A stretch of 52,078 nucleotides of DNA from an uncultured Treponema sp. (GTDB taxonomy: Bacteria > Spirochaetota > Spirochaetia > Treponematales > Treponemataceae): assembly GCA_947174385.1 (NCBI GenBank), contig CAMWIU010000001.1, positions 1-52,078 of the forward strand, in the 5' to 3' direction. Below are positions 17,432-27,050 of the stretch, piece after piece. The notes beneath the pieces were generated by a model. The model saw only the letters and a program-made list of their open reading frames with translations, was not told the origin of the DNA and did no database searches. The position numbers were made by a program, and so were the translations under genes. Position 1 is the stretch's first letter. Each line of letters begins with the position of its first letter.

Positions 17432-20236
17432 CTATTTTTTTGTCGTCTTTTTGGCGGCAACTTTCTTTTCAGCTGTCTTTTTCGCAGCGGGCTTCTTTGC
17501 GGTGCTCGCCTTTTTCGCGCCAGCTTTTTTTGCCGCGGGCTTTTTCGCCGCTTTCGCGTTGATTACAGCCTGCGCTCCAGCAAGACGCGCCAACGGAACT
17601 CGGAACGGAGAGCAAGAAACATAGTTGAGTCCGAGCTTGTAGCAAAGCGCGATTGAAGCAGGGTCTCCACCGTGCTCGCCGCAAATTCCGAGGTGCAAGT
17701 CGGATTTAACCGAGCGACCCTTTTCTTCCGCGATTCCAATCAATGCGCCAGGTCCTTCTTCGTCAAGAACGGCGAACGGATCTTCTGCGAGAATGTTCTG
17801 CTTGAGGTAAGAATCGATGAACTTGCCGTAGTCGTCGCGGCTGAAGCCGAACGTAGTCTGCGAAAGGTCGTTCGTTCCGAATGAGAAGAAATCCGCGTAG
17901 TTCGCCAATTTGTCGGCAGTGAGAGCCGCGCGCGGGAATTCAACCATCGTTCCGATTTCGAACTTGAGTTTCGTTCCTTTGCTTGCATTCACTTTGTCGA
18001 TGACCGCCAAAGACTGCTCGCGAATCTGCTTCACTTCGTTGCAAGAAACAACGTTCGGAATCATAATCTGCACCTTGTGCTTCACGCCTTCGCGTTCAAG
18101 GCGGGCAGTAGCAAGCGCGATGGCTTCCACCTGCATTTCGTAGATTTCCGGATAAGTGATGGCAAGGCGGCATCCGCGATGTCCGAGCATCGGGTTGTGC
18201 TCGTCGAGCGCGGCGACCTTCGTTGCCAACTTGTCGCGATCAACGCCGAGTTTCTTTGACAAAGCCTTGAGCTCGCTTTCATCGTGCGCCTGAATGAATT
18301 CATTGAGCGGCGGATCGAGCAAGCGAATCGTAACAGGGCGGCCGTTCATCGTCTTGATGATTTCATAGAAGTCTTTTTCCTGAAGCGGAAGAATCGCCTT
18401 GAGATTCTGCTTGCGCTCTTCTGCAGTTTCAGAAACAATCATCTTCTGGAAAGAAGTGAGTTTCGGCTCGTCGAAGAACATGTGCTCCGTGCGGCAAAGT
18501 CCGATTCCAGCCGCGCCAAATTTGAACGCATCTTTCGCATTCTGCGGAGTATCGCCATTCGCGCGAACTTCGAATCCTGCAACTTTTTTGCCAGAAGCCG
18601 TCGTGCGAACTGAAGTCTTGCGAACTTCATCCGCCCAACTCAAGAATGTTTCCAAATCTTTTGAAAGAGTCGCGGGCATTACGGCAACTTGTCCGTCGTA
18701 GACTTTTCCAGTGCCGCCATCGATCGTGATGAAGTCGCCTTCTTTATAAGAGCGTCCGCCGATTTCAACTTTTCCGCCGACAAATTTAACGTCCGCGCAT
18801 CCGCAAACGCAAGGAGTTCCCATTCCGCGAGCAACGACCGCCGCGTGGCTTGTGCGTCCGCCGGTAGAAGTGAGGATTCCCTGGGCGACGTGCATTCCCG
18901 CGATGTCGTCCGGCGAAGTTTCCTTGCGAACCAAAAGAATCTTTTTGCCTGATTCCGCCCATTTGACGGCTTCTTCGGCAGTGAAGACGATTTGACCGCA
19001 GCCCGCTCCTGGAGAAGCATTCAAGCCAGTCGCCAATTCCGTGGCCTTTTTGACGGCGGCAGGATCAAGCTGAGGAAGAAGAAGCTGGTTCAACTGCGCA
19101 GGTTCTACGCGGAGCAAAGCCTGCTCTTTCGTGATGAGCTTTTCGGCAACCATGTCCACAGCCATCTTGACGGCGGCAGCGCCCGTGCGTTTTCCGTTGC
19201 GGCACTGAAGCATGAAAAGCTTGCCCTCTTCAACCGTGAATTCCATATCCTGCATGTCGCGATAGTGCTTTTCCAAGCGATTGCGAATCGTAACCAATTC
19301 CTTGTAAATCTTCGGATTGGCTTTTTCAAGCTGCGCGATTTTCTGCGGAGTGCGGATTCCCGCGACAACATCTTCGCCCTGGGCATTCATCAAATATTCG
19401 CCCATGAATTCGTTCTTTCCGGTAGAAGGATCGCGGCTGAACGCAACGCCAGTTCCGGAAGTGTCGCCCTTGTTTCCGAAAACCATCGCCATTACAGTAA
19501 CGGCTGTTCCCTTGAGCGCGCCTTCTTTGATGTTGTTCAATTCGCGGTATTTGATCGCGCGAGGATTCATCCAAGAACCGAAAACCGCGCCAATCGCTCC
19601 CCACATCTGCTTTTGCGGATTCTGCGGGAAATCTTCGCCCTTTTCCTTTTTGTAAAGAGCCTTGTACTTTGTAACGATTTCCTTGAGCTCGTCCGTGGTG
19701 AGTTCCGTGTCTTCCTTGATGCCGCGATGAGATTTTACTTCGTCGATGATTTTTTCGAATTTCGCGTGCTCAACGCCCATCGCAACGTCGCCGAACATTT
19801 GAATGAAGCGGCGGTATGCGTCCCAAGCGAAACGCTCGTTGTTCGTTTTCTGCGCAAGACCCAAAACTGATTTGTCGTTGAGGCCGAGGTTGAGAATCGT
19901 GTCCATCATGCCGGGCATAGAAATCGCCGCGCCTGAGCGGACGGAAACCAAAAGCGGATCCTTTTCGTCGCCGAGCTTTTTGCCCATTGTCTTTTCCAAC
20001 TTTGCAAGATACTTTGCAACTTCGTCTTCAAGACCGGCGGGATACTTTCGTCCCAATTTGTAGAAAGCCTGACACACGTCCGTGGAAATCGTAAATCCAG
20101 CGGGAACGGGAAGGCTCAAAGGCGCTTTTGCCATCTGCGCAAGGTTGGCGCCTTTTCCACCGAGTTCGGCGCGCATAGACTCATCGCCGTCCGCGTCACC
20201 GTTGCCAAAGAAGTAGACATACTTGATTTTTGCCAT
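17432..20236 (-). CDS. ppdK: Pyruvate, phosphate dikinase with Lys/Ala-rich C-terminal tail
   Basis: GGKGANL, LLVSVRSGA, GGRTSHAAVVARG (phospho-His), GLCRTEHMF, SFGTNDL, GICGEHGG; GGAG SD before ATG 20236. Confidence 0.97.
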   Translation of the reverse strand: MAKIKYVYFFGNGDADGDESMRAELGGKGANLAQMAKAPLSLPVPAGFTISTDVCQAFYKLGRKYPAGLEDEVAKYLAKLEKTMGKKLGDEKDPLLVSVRSGAAISMPGMMDTILNLGLNDKSVLGLAQKTNNERFAWDAYRRFIQMFGDVAMGVEHAKFEKIIDEVKSHRGIKEDTELTTDELKEIVTKYKALYKKEKGEDFPQNPQKQMWGAIGAVFGSWMNPRAIKYRELNNIKEGALKGTAVTVMAMVFGNKGDTSGTGVAFSRDPSTGKNEFMGEYLMNAQGEDVVAGIRTPQKIAQLEKANPKIYKELVTIRNRLEKHYRDMQDMEFTVEEGKLFMLQCRNGKRTGAAAVKMAVDMVAEKLITKEQALLRVEPAQLNQLLLPQLDPAAVKKATELATGLNASPGAGCGQIVFTAEEAVKWAESGKKILLVRKETSPDDIAGMHVAQGILTSTGGRTSHAAVVARGMGTPCVCGCADVKFVGGKVEIGGRSYKEGDFITIDGGTGKVYDGQVAVMPATLSKDLETFLSWADEVRKTSVRTTASGKKVAGFEVRANGDTPQNAKDAFKFGAAGIGLCRTEHMFFDEPKLTSFQKMIVSETAEERKQNLKAILPLQEKDFYEIIKTMNGRPVTIRLLDPPLNEFIQAHDESELKALSKKLGVDRDKLATKVAALDEHNPMLGHRGCRLAITYPEIYEMQVEAIALATARLEREGVKHKVQIMIPNVVSCNEVKQIREQSLAVIDKVNASKGTKLKFEIGTMVEFPRAALTADKLANYADFFSFGTNDLSQTTFGFSRDDYGKFIDSYLKQNILAEDPFAVLDEEGPGALIGIAEEKGRSVKSDLHLGICGEHGGDPASIALCYKLGLNYVSCSPFRVPLARLAGAQAVINAKAAKKPAAKKAGAKKASTAKKPAAKKTAEKKVAAKKTTKK

Positions 20237-20277
20237 AGTGGATAACTCCATAAAAGTGAAATGAATTTATAGTAATA

Positions 20278-20306
20278 ATTTTACATTTAAAACAATTTAT
20301 TGTCAA
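20278..20306 (-). promoter_or_regulatory. Sigma70 promoter of ppdK
   Basis: TTGACA-17 nt-TAAAAT on the minus strand. Confidence 0.75.
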
Positions 20307-20427
20307 TTAAAAATTTTACAAAATTGAATTTGTTATGAAAAATTCTTTTAAAAAAAATTCCGTCTCCGCAAATTTTAATGCAAACATCACAAGCGAAACT
20401 CGGTAGTGAGCACAGCGAATGCACGAA

Positions 20428-20515
20428 GGCAGGGGCGTTGTGGGGGCAGTGCCCCCGCAGAAGGGGTAGCGAAAGACCGCGCAAGCGGGCTGAAGCGAGG
20501 GGAAGGCTTTCCCCT
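20428..20515 (+). repeat. Intergenic repeat family A, copy 1
   Basis: 20459-20515 matches the reverse complement of 26842-26898 at 55/57 nt; ends in the GGGGAA...TTCCCC hairpin. Confidence 0.85.
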
Positions 20516-20541
20516 CATTAGACTATTGCAATTAACGCATT

Positions 20542-21831
20542 CTAGCGATTTTCTTTTTTGGGGCGCACCAAAAACACGCAGGCGCACAACGCGACAACGT
20601 ACAAAACGCAGGTTACATAAAGAACGGTTTGGTAACCCGTCGGATTCATCGCCACGCCATTAACTTCAATTTGCTCGCCGAAATGATTTACAATCCAAGT
20701 CGCCATTTGATTTCCTGTAAGGCCCGCGACTGCCCAAGCCGAAAGCATAATTCCATAAATCGCGCTTATGTTTCCCATTCCGTAACGGTCGGAAAGCAAA
20801 GTCGGCATATTTGAAAATCCGCCGCCATATCCCGCGTTCACCACAAAAAGCAAAATCAAAACCAATGCAAGCGCGATTTTGTTTTCGCCGCGATTTGCGA
20901 TTCCGCCAGTAAAAATTACGAGCGCAGTGAATACAATCGAAAGCAGCAAAATCAATTTGAAAATCGTGTTGCGATCTTTCAGTTTGTCCGACCACGCGGA
21001 AAATCCCAGCCGTCCGCCGGCGTTGAAAATCGCTGTAATCGAAGCGAGAATTCCGGCATAAGACGCAAGTCCCACGCATTTTATGATAACTTTTTCCTGC
21101 GAAATGAGCGCGAGTCCGCAAGTGATATTGATGTAGAACATAATCCAAATGCCGGCGAACATAATCGGATTTGTTTTGATTACATCGAAGGCTTTGTTTT
21201 TATTTTCCGCGCCGGTCGGCTCTTGCCACGTCGAAGGCTTTTTCAAAAGCAAATGTCCCGCGAACATCATCACAAAATAAACTGCCGCAAGAATATAGAA
21301 CATGTTGTAAATTCCAATCGAAGACGAATTTTCCATTCGCTGCATAATTGGCGAAGCAATTGCTTTTGCCGCGCCGAATCCCATCACCGAAAGTCCTGTT
21401 CCCAAACCTTTGCGATCTTCAAACCAAAGCATCAAAGTTTTTATTGGCGAAAGATAGCCCGTTCCCAAGCCAACGCCCATAACAAGTCCGTAGGAAATGT
21501 AGATACCGATGAGAGAAACAAGGCTGCCTTTGTGCGCGCCGCCATATTGAATGAAAAATCCAGTGCCAGCCATGCCCGCCGCAAAACAAATCGTGGCAAT
21601 TAAGGAAGACTTGCGGATGTCCTTTTCGACGACATTGCCCAAAAACGCCGCGCTCATTCCCAAAAAGAAAATCGCGAAGCTGAACGCCCATTCCACCGCG
21701 CCCTTGGAAAATCCGATATAGCTGGCGATTTCTTGGCTGAAAATCGACCAGCAATAAACTGTACCAATTGAACAATGCAAAAGCAACGCGGGAATTGCGC
21801 CCCGCGTCCATTTATTTTCTGACAAATTCAT
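20542..21831 (-). CDS. MFS transporter, oxalate:formate antiporter (OFA) family
   Basis: IGTVYCWSIF, GLGTGYLSP, WFEDRKGLGTG, FNAGGRLGFSAWSD, YGGGFS; about 12 TM segments. Confidence 0.88.
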   Translation of the reverse strand: MNLSENKWTRGAIPALLLHCSIGTVYCWSIFSQEIASYIGFSKGAVEWAFSFAIFFLGMSAAFLGNVVEKDIRKSSLIATICFAAGMAGTGFFIQYGGAHKGSLVSLIGIYISYGLVMGVGLGTGYLSPIKTLMLWFEDRKGLGTGLSVMGFGAAKAIASPIMQRMENSSSIGIYNMFYILAAVYFVMMFAGHLLLKKPSTWQEPTGAENKNKAFDVIKTNPIMFAGIWIMFYINITCGLALISQEKVIIKCVGLASYAGILASITAIFNAGGRLGFSAWSDKLKDRNTIFKLILLLSIVFTALVIFTGGIANRGENKIALALVLILLFVVNAGYGGGFSNMPTLLSDRYGMGNISAIYGIMLSAWAVAGLTGNQMATWIVNHFGEQIEVNGVAMNPTGYQTVLYVTCVLYVVALCACVFLVRPKKENR

Positions 21832-21937
21832 TTTTAAATTGTAGAACAAAAATCAATTTTTTTCAAGTATTTTTTTCGACATTTCAAGCAAGGAAATTCA
21901 AATTGCGCTCAAAAAAAATTTGTGCTATACTGAAAAA

Positions 21938-23392
21938 ATGCGCTTGGTTTTCTTCAACACAAATTCAAATCATTTCGATCCAAAAATCGTGCACATAAAA
22001 ACGATGCCTTCGTGGAATGAAGAATGGAGTCGCGTTGCGAAGAATTTTTCTAACCATGAATTTTTTTTGGCGGCGATGTTGCCCGCGATGTTTTTGCTGG
22101 ATTATGAAAACGAGGCGATTCAAAAAGCGGCGAACGTGAATTGCGTCGAACTTCGCGGCGCGAGTGCGGAAGAAATCGCGGAGGAAATTCTCGCGCTCAA
22201 TCCCGATGTCGCAGTCGCCGCGAGTTTTTGGATTACGCCTTACGATTGGCTTGGTTTGCAAGATGCGATGATCGCAGAAATTTTGCGCGAACGCGGAGTG
22301 CGCACTGTAGCGCATTCAGCGCAAACGCAGGCGATTTGCTTTGACAAATTCAAGACGCACATTTTTTTGCGCGAGAACAATTTTAAATGCGCCGCCGCAG
22401 TCCATGTGAATTACGATTTGTTTTGGGCGGAGCGAAAAAAATCCGAAGTGCGACAAAACGTTTATCGCGAATTCATTTTTCGCGAAATTTCAAAATTGAA
22501 TTTTCCCGTAATCATCAAGGCGACTACAGGCGTGAGTTCCTACGGAATGGAAGTCGTACACACGTTGTCCGCCGTTCGCGCTTATCTCAATTCCAAAAAA
22601 TTCAATTCAGACAGATTGATCGAGGAGTTTTTGGAAGGAATTCAATTCGGCACGGAAATCCACACTGTGAAAAATTCCGACGGAAGTTTTTCGCCGAAAG
22701 TTTTTCCGCCGCTGATGTATTCGGTGAATCAATATGGAATCACAAGTCCAAAGCAATCTGTGAAACTCGGTCCGCTCAATTTGGAAAAATTCAAAACGCA
22801 AGATTTGTCGCGCGAGCTTGAACGGCTTGCAAAAATTTTGCAGTTCGAAGGAATCGCGCAAATCGATTTGGTTTTTCACAAAAACGAATGGCACATCATC
22901 GAAATAAATCCGAGATTGAGCGGTTCGAGCGCGGCGATTGCGCTCATCAAGCAAAAATCGCTTCCACAAATTTTGGCGGAATTCGCGCTTGGAATTTACG
23001 ATGCTCGCGCCACCGACGATACGATGAAAATCTCAAAAAATTTTTGCGATGAAAATTGTGAAGAAATTTCCAAAGAAAAATTTCCCGCGCAAATCTCTTC
23101 CGAAAATTCTCGCACGGAATTTCCGCTTTATTTGAACATAAAATTTCCGCATCTTTCCGAAGAACAAATGCGCGCGCTTTTCGCACTTCCTTTCGTGAAA
23201 TATTTGTGCCAAACAAAAAACGATGCGGCGCGACAATTCCGCGAAATGGGATTTTGCGAAATTCTTTTTGGCGGCGTTTTTTCTCCGCAAGAACTTTTGG
23301 CGCAACTCGAAGAAATCAAAACACGCTTTCCCGAAGTGATTGAAATTTCTTTTTACGAAACAGCAAAAAAAATGATCGCGAGTTTGATATGA
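21938..23392 (+). CDS. ATP-grasp domain protein, substrate unknown
   Basis: CFDKFKT, FPVIIKATTGVSSYG, LIEEFLEG, IIEINPRLSG. Confidence 0.8.
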   Translation: MRLVFFNTNSNHFDPKIVHIKTMPSWNEEWSRVAKNFSNHEFFLAAMLPAMFLLDYENEAIQKAANVNCVELRGASAEEIAEEILALNPDVAVAASFWITPYDWLGLQDAMIAEILRERGVRTVAHSAQTQAICFDKFKTHIFLRENNFKCAAAVHVNYDLFWAERKKSEVRQNVYREFIFREISKLNFPVIIKATTGVSSYGMEVVHTLSAVRAYLNSKKFNSDRLIEEFLEGIQFGTEIHTVKNSDGSFSPKVFPPLMYSVNQYGITSPKQSVKLGPLNLEKFKTQDLSRELERLAKILQFEGIAQIDLVFHKNEWHIIEINPRLSGSSAAIALIKQKSLPQILAEFALGIYDARATDDTMKISKNFCDENCEEISKEKFPAQISSENSRTEFPLYLNIKFPHLSEEQMRALFALPFVKYLCQTKNDAARQFREMGFCEILFGGVFSPQELLAQLEEIKTRFPEVIEISFYETAKKMIASLI

Positions 23393-23493
23393 AAATTGCG
23401 GCGGAAAAATTTTAATTGAAAATCCGCCAAAACGACAAAAACCTTTTTGGGTGCTGTTCACTTTCACGCTTGGAAAGCACCGCCCGCGCGGGT

Positions 23494-26019
23494 TTACCGT
23501 TCCTGCCCGTGCGCGTACCGTTCCAAATACTTTCCTGTGAGGCTTTCTTTGCAGCGGCAGATTTCGCGCGGCGTGCCGGTGGCGATGATTTGTCCGCCGT
23601 GTGTGCCGCCGCCGGGTCCCATGTCGATTACGTAGTCGGCGTTTTTTATCACGTCAAAATCGTGCTCGATTACGATGACGGTCGCGCCGTTTTCAATTAG
23701 GCGGTTGAACACCTTGAGCAGCGTCTCCACGTCCGAAGGGTGCAGGCCGATGGTCGGCTCGTCGAACACGAACACGGTGTCGGACTGGCCTTTGCCCATT
23801 TCGCTCGCGAGTTTGAGCCGCTGGGCTTCGCCGCCGGAAAGACTCGGGGTCGCTTCGCCCAGCGTCAAATAGCCAAGCCCGAGGTCGTGCAACACGCGCA
23901 ATTTGCGCACGACGAGTGGAATGTCCGCGCACGCCTTTAACGCTTCGTCCACGCTCATTGCCATCAGTTCGGGCAGAGTGTGCGCCGTGCCGCCATGCTG
24001 GGGCGTTCGCGTGATGAGGCTCGCATCCTTTGCGTAGCGGGAGCCGCCACAGTCGGGGCAGACGATTTCCACGTCGGGCAAAAACTGAATGTCAAGATTG
24101 ATCGAGCCGGTGCCGTCGCAAGTGGGACAGCGGAGCCTGCCCGTGTTGTAGGAAAAATCGCCTTCCTTGTATTTTCGTTCTTTTGCGCTCGGAGTTTTCG
24201 CGTACACTTTGCGCAGCTCGTCGTGAATGTCGGCGTAGGTGGCGACGGTGGAGCGCACGTTGATGCCGATTGGCGCGGAGTCGATGAGTTTTATCTGTGC
24301 GATTCCTTCTGCCGAAACGCCCTTGATGTGCGCGGGCATTTTTTCGTTTCTGCACAATGCGTCGATTGCAAGAATCAGGCTTTCCAAAATTAGCGTGGTT
24401 TTTCCCGAACCGGAAACGCCCGTCACCGCGATGAGCCTGCCTTTGGGAAAATCGACTTCAAGCGGTTTCACCGTGTGAATGGCGGCAGTGGACAAATGGA
24501 TTTTTCCGAGGTCGAACATTTTTTTGGACGGAATGTGATTGCCGATGTCAATCTGCGTTTTGCCCGAAAGAAAACCGCCGATGCGAGTGTTCGCGTTCGC
24601 TTCGATGTCGCCGAGCGTACCTTGCGCGATAATCGTGCCGCCGTCCGCGCCCGCGTTCGGACCGAGTTCGACGAACCAATCCGCTTCGGAAAGAATGTGC
24701 GTGTCGTGATCGACAAGGACAACGGTGTTTCCGTCGGCAATGAGGTCGTGCATAACGCCTTTGAGTCCTTCAATGTTCGACGGATGCAGTCCGATGGAAG
24801 GCTCGTCGAGAACGTACAGAACGCCCGTCGTGCGGTTTCGCACCGCCCGAGCAAGTTGCATCCGCTGCCGCTCGCCTGTGGAAAGCGTAGATGATGCGCG
24901 GTCAAGCGTGAGGTAGGACAAGCCCAGTTCGACCAGCCTTCGTGCGGTGCTTTGGAATGCCGCGCACAGGCTTTCCGCCATAGCTCGCATGTCGTTGGGA
25001 AGCGATGCGGGAACGCCGTCCACCCATTCAATCAAATCGGATAAAGTCATCGTGCAGACTTCCGCGAGGGATTGCCCGCGCAGTTTTGGTGCGCGCGCCG
25101 CTTCGCTCAGCCGTGTTCCGCCGCAGTCGGGGCAAACGCCTTGCTTGAGGAATTTTTCCACGCGCTTCATGCCTTTTTCGTCTTTCACTTTTGACAGCGC
25201 GTTTTCCACGGTATAAGTTGCGCTGAAATACGTAAAATCCATTTCCGCCGACGTGTTCGTTTTTTCGTTGAAATAAATGATGTGCCTTTTTTCGGCAGGT
25301 CCATGCAGGACAATCTCGCGCTCTTTTTTAGACAAATCGCGGAACGGAATGTTCGTCCGCACACCCATTTCACGGGCGACTTGTTTCATCAACGCCCATA
25401 TCAGCGTCTGCCACGGAGCGACCGCGCCTTCGTCAATCGAAAGCGATTCATCGGGAACGAGCGTGGATTCATCGACGACGCGAACAATGCCCGTTCCGTC
25501 ACAACGCTTGCACGCGCCCTGGCTGTTGAACGCCAATTCTTCCGCGCCCGGCGGATTGAAATGCACGCCGCACTCCGGGCACGTCAGTCCCAAATCCGCC
25601 GCAACGTCCTTGGACGGCTCGACATAATGTCCGTTCGGGCAGCGATGCGAGGCAAGCCGCGAAAACATAATGCGCAGATGATTCAGCAGTTCCGTTCCCG
25701 TTCCGAACGTGCTGCGGATGCCCGGAACGCCGGGTCGCTGCCGCAACGCCAACGCCGCAGGAACATACAGCACTTCGTCCACCTGCGCTTTTTCCGCCTG
25801 CGTCATGCGCCGGCGCGTATAGGTCGAAAGCGATTCCAAATACCGCCGCGAGCCTTCCGCATACAAAATGCCGAGCGCAAGGGACGATTTGCCCGAACCC
25901 GAAACGCCCACGATTCCCACGATTTTATTGAGCGGAATGTCAACGTCGATATTTTTGAGATTATGCACGCGCCCACCGCGAATGATAATTTTGTCGGGCG
26001 GATTGTGTTTTTCGTTCAT
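23494..26019 (-). CDS. UvrA paralogue (short class II, UvrA2/DrrC-like ABC ATPase)
   Basis: HNLKNIDV, two GVSGSGK(S/T) Walker A motifs, Zn-finger CxxC pairs, LSGGEAQRLKLA; 841 aa, shorter than canonical UvrA. Confidence 0.85.
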   Translation of the reverse strand: MNEKHNPPDKIIIRGGRVHNLKNIDVDIPLNKIVGIVGVSGSGKSSLALGILYAEGSRRYLESLSTYTRRRMTQAEKAQVDEVLYVPAALALRQRPGVPGIRSTFGTGTELLNHLRIMFSRLASHRCPNGHYVEPSKDVAADLGLTCPECGVHFNPPGAEELAFNSQGACKRCDGTGIVRVVDESTLVPDESLSIDEGAVAPWQTLIWALMKQVAREMGVRTNIPFRDLSKKEREIVLHGPAEKRHIIYFNEKTNTSAEMDFTYFSATYTVENALSKVKDEKGMKRVEKFLKQGVCPDCGGTRLSEAARAPKLRGQSLAEVCTMTLSDLIEWVDGVPASLPNDMRAMAESLCAAFQSTARRLVELGLSYLTLDRASSTLSTGERQRMQLARAVRNRTTGVLYVLDEPSIGLHPSNIEGLKGVMHDLIADGNTVVLVDHDTHILSEADWFVELGPNAGADGGTIIAQGTLGDIEANANTRIGGFLSGKTQIDIGNHIPSKKMFDLGKIHLSTAAIHTVKPLEVDFPKGRLIAVTGVSGSGKTTLILESLILAIDALCRNEKMPAHIKGVSAEGIAQIKLIDSAPIGINVRSTVATYADIHDELRKVYAKTPSAKERKYKEGDFSYNTGRLRCPTCDGTGSINLDIQFLPDVEIVCPDCGGSRYAKDASLITRTPQHGGTAHTLPELMAMSVDEALKACADIPLVVRKLRVLHDLGLGYLTLGEATPSLSGGEAQRLKLASEMGKGQSDTVFVFDEPTIGLHPSDVETLLKVFNRLIENGATVIVIEHDFDVIKNADYVIDMGPGGGTHGGQIIATGTPREICRCKESLTGKYLERYAHGQER

Positions 26020-26062
26020 TTTATGTTCCTTCGTGATATTTTCTCTTACAGTACAAAAATTA

Positions 26063-26107
26063 TACTTAGTATCAAAAACATACTTTGTCTGATTTTAATA
26101 CTAAGTA
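26063..26107. repeat. Palindromic repeat family C, copy 1
   Basis: TACTTAGTATCAAAA-15 nt-TTTTAATACTAAGTA. Confidence 0.8.
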
Positions 26108-26141
26108 GCAAAATCAAACTGTATGCGCAATTTTTATTTTA

Positions 26142-26777
26142 CTACATTCCATTTTTGCAACACAAATCCGCAATGATGCATTCGCCGCATTTCGGATTTC
26201 GCGCCGTGCAAACATAGCGTCCATGCAAAATCAAATGGTGATGCGCGTGCTTCATAAATTTTTGCGGAATGCGTTCCACGAGACTTTGCTCCACTTGTAG
26301 CGGAGTGCTTCCTTCCGCCAAACCGATTTTCGGACAAATGCGCAAAAGGTGTGTGTCCACTGGCATCGTCGGTTTTCCGAAAACAACGTTCAAAACCACG
26401 TTCGCAGTTTTGCGCCCGACGCCAGGAAGCGTTTCCAATTCCTCGCGAGTTTCGGGAACTTTTCCGCCGAAATTTTCGACAAGCATTTTGCTCAACGCCA
26501 TAATGTGCGCCGACTTATTTCTGTACAAGCCGATTGACTTTATGTAGCCAATCAATTTTTCCTCGCCAAGCGCGAGCATTTTTTCAGGCGAATCGACAAT
26601 TTTGTAAAGCGGCTCGGTCGCCTTGTTCACGCTCTTGTCCGTAGCCTGGGCCGAAAGCACAACGCTCACCAAAAGCGTGTACGGATTTTTCCATTTGAGT
26701 TCGGATTGCGGATTCGGATTTTGCGCCGAAAATCTTTCAAAGACTTCGCAGATTTGAGATTCAGATAAAAGCCGCAT
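26142..26777 (-). CDS. nth: Endonuclease III
   Basis: LSAQATDKSVN, HhH LPGVGRKTANV, VDTH, 4Fe-4S CTARNPKCGECIIADLC. Confidence 0.95.
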   Translation of the reverse strand: MRLLSESQICEVFERFSAQNPNPQSELKWKNPYTLLVSVVLSAQATDKSVNKATEPLYKIVDSPEKMLALGEEKLIGYIKSIGLYRNKSAHIMALSKMLVENFGGKVPETREELETLPGVGRKTANVVLNVVFGKPTMPVDTHLLRICPKIGLAEGSTPLQVEQSLVERIPQKFMKHAHHHLILHGRYVCTARNPKCGECIIADLCCKNGM

Positions 26778-26841
26778 GATTGAATTATCACACAAATCAA
26801 CGTGCAATGTCAAGTTGGGAATTTGAATTAAAATTATTAGA

Positions 26842-26940
26842 AGGGGAAAGTCTTCCCCTCGCTTCAGCCCGCTCGCGCGGTCTTTCGCTACCCCTTCTCC
26901 TAGGGGATCGCCTATCGGCTTAACCCCTAAAACCCCGCCC
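26842..26940 (-). repeat. Intergenic repeat family A, copy 2
   Basis: Reverse-complement match to 20459-20515, with a different 5' hairpin. Confidence 0.85.
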
Positions 26941-26955
26941 AAGGTTTCGATTTAC

Positions 26956-27000
26956 TACTTAGTATCAAAATCGAACAAAGTTCGTTTTTGATACTAAGTA
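26956..27000. repeat. Palindromic repeat family C, copy 2
   Basis: TACTTAGTATCAAAA-15 nt-TTTTGATACTAAGTA, perfect 15-bp arms. Confidence 0.85.
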
Positions 27001-27011
27001 TAAAACTCGTC

Positions 27012-27049
27012 GTTAGAAACAGCGGCAACATTCTGCCGCTGTTTCTAAC
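27012..27049. repeat. Palindromic repeat family D, copy 2 (may also terminate metK)
   Basis: GTTAGAAACAGCGGCA-ACATTC-TGCCGCTGTTTCTAAC right after the metK stop. Confidence 0.7.
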
Positions 27050-27050
27050 A

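Noticed and set aside
26778-26942. N-terminal extension of Nth sharing EGVAKDRASGLKRGE with ORF 20406-20663
   Set aside because: Translation of repeat family A; Nth similarity and the promoter point to ATG 26777
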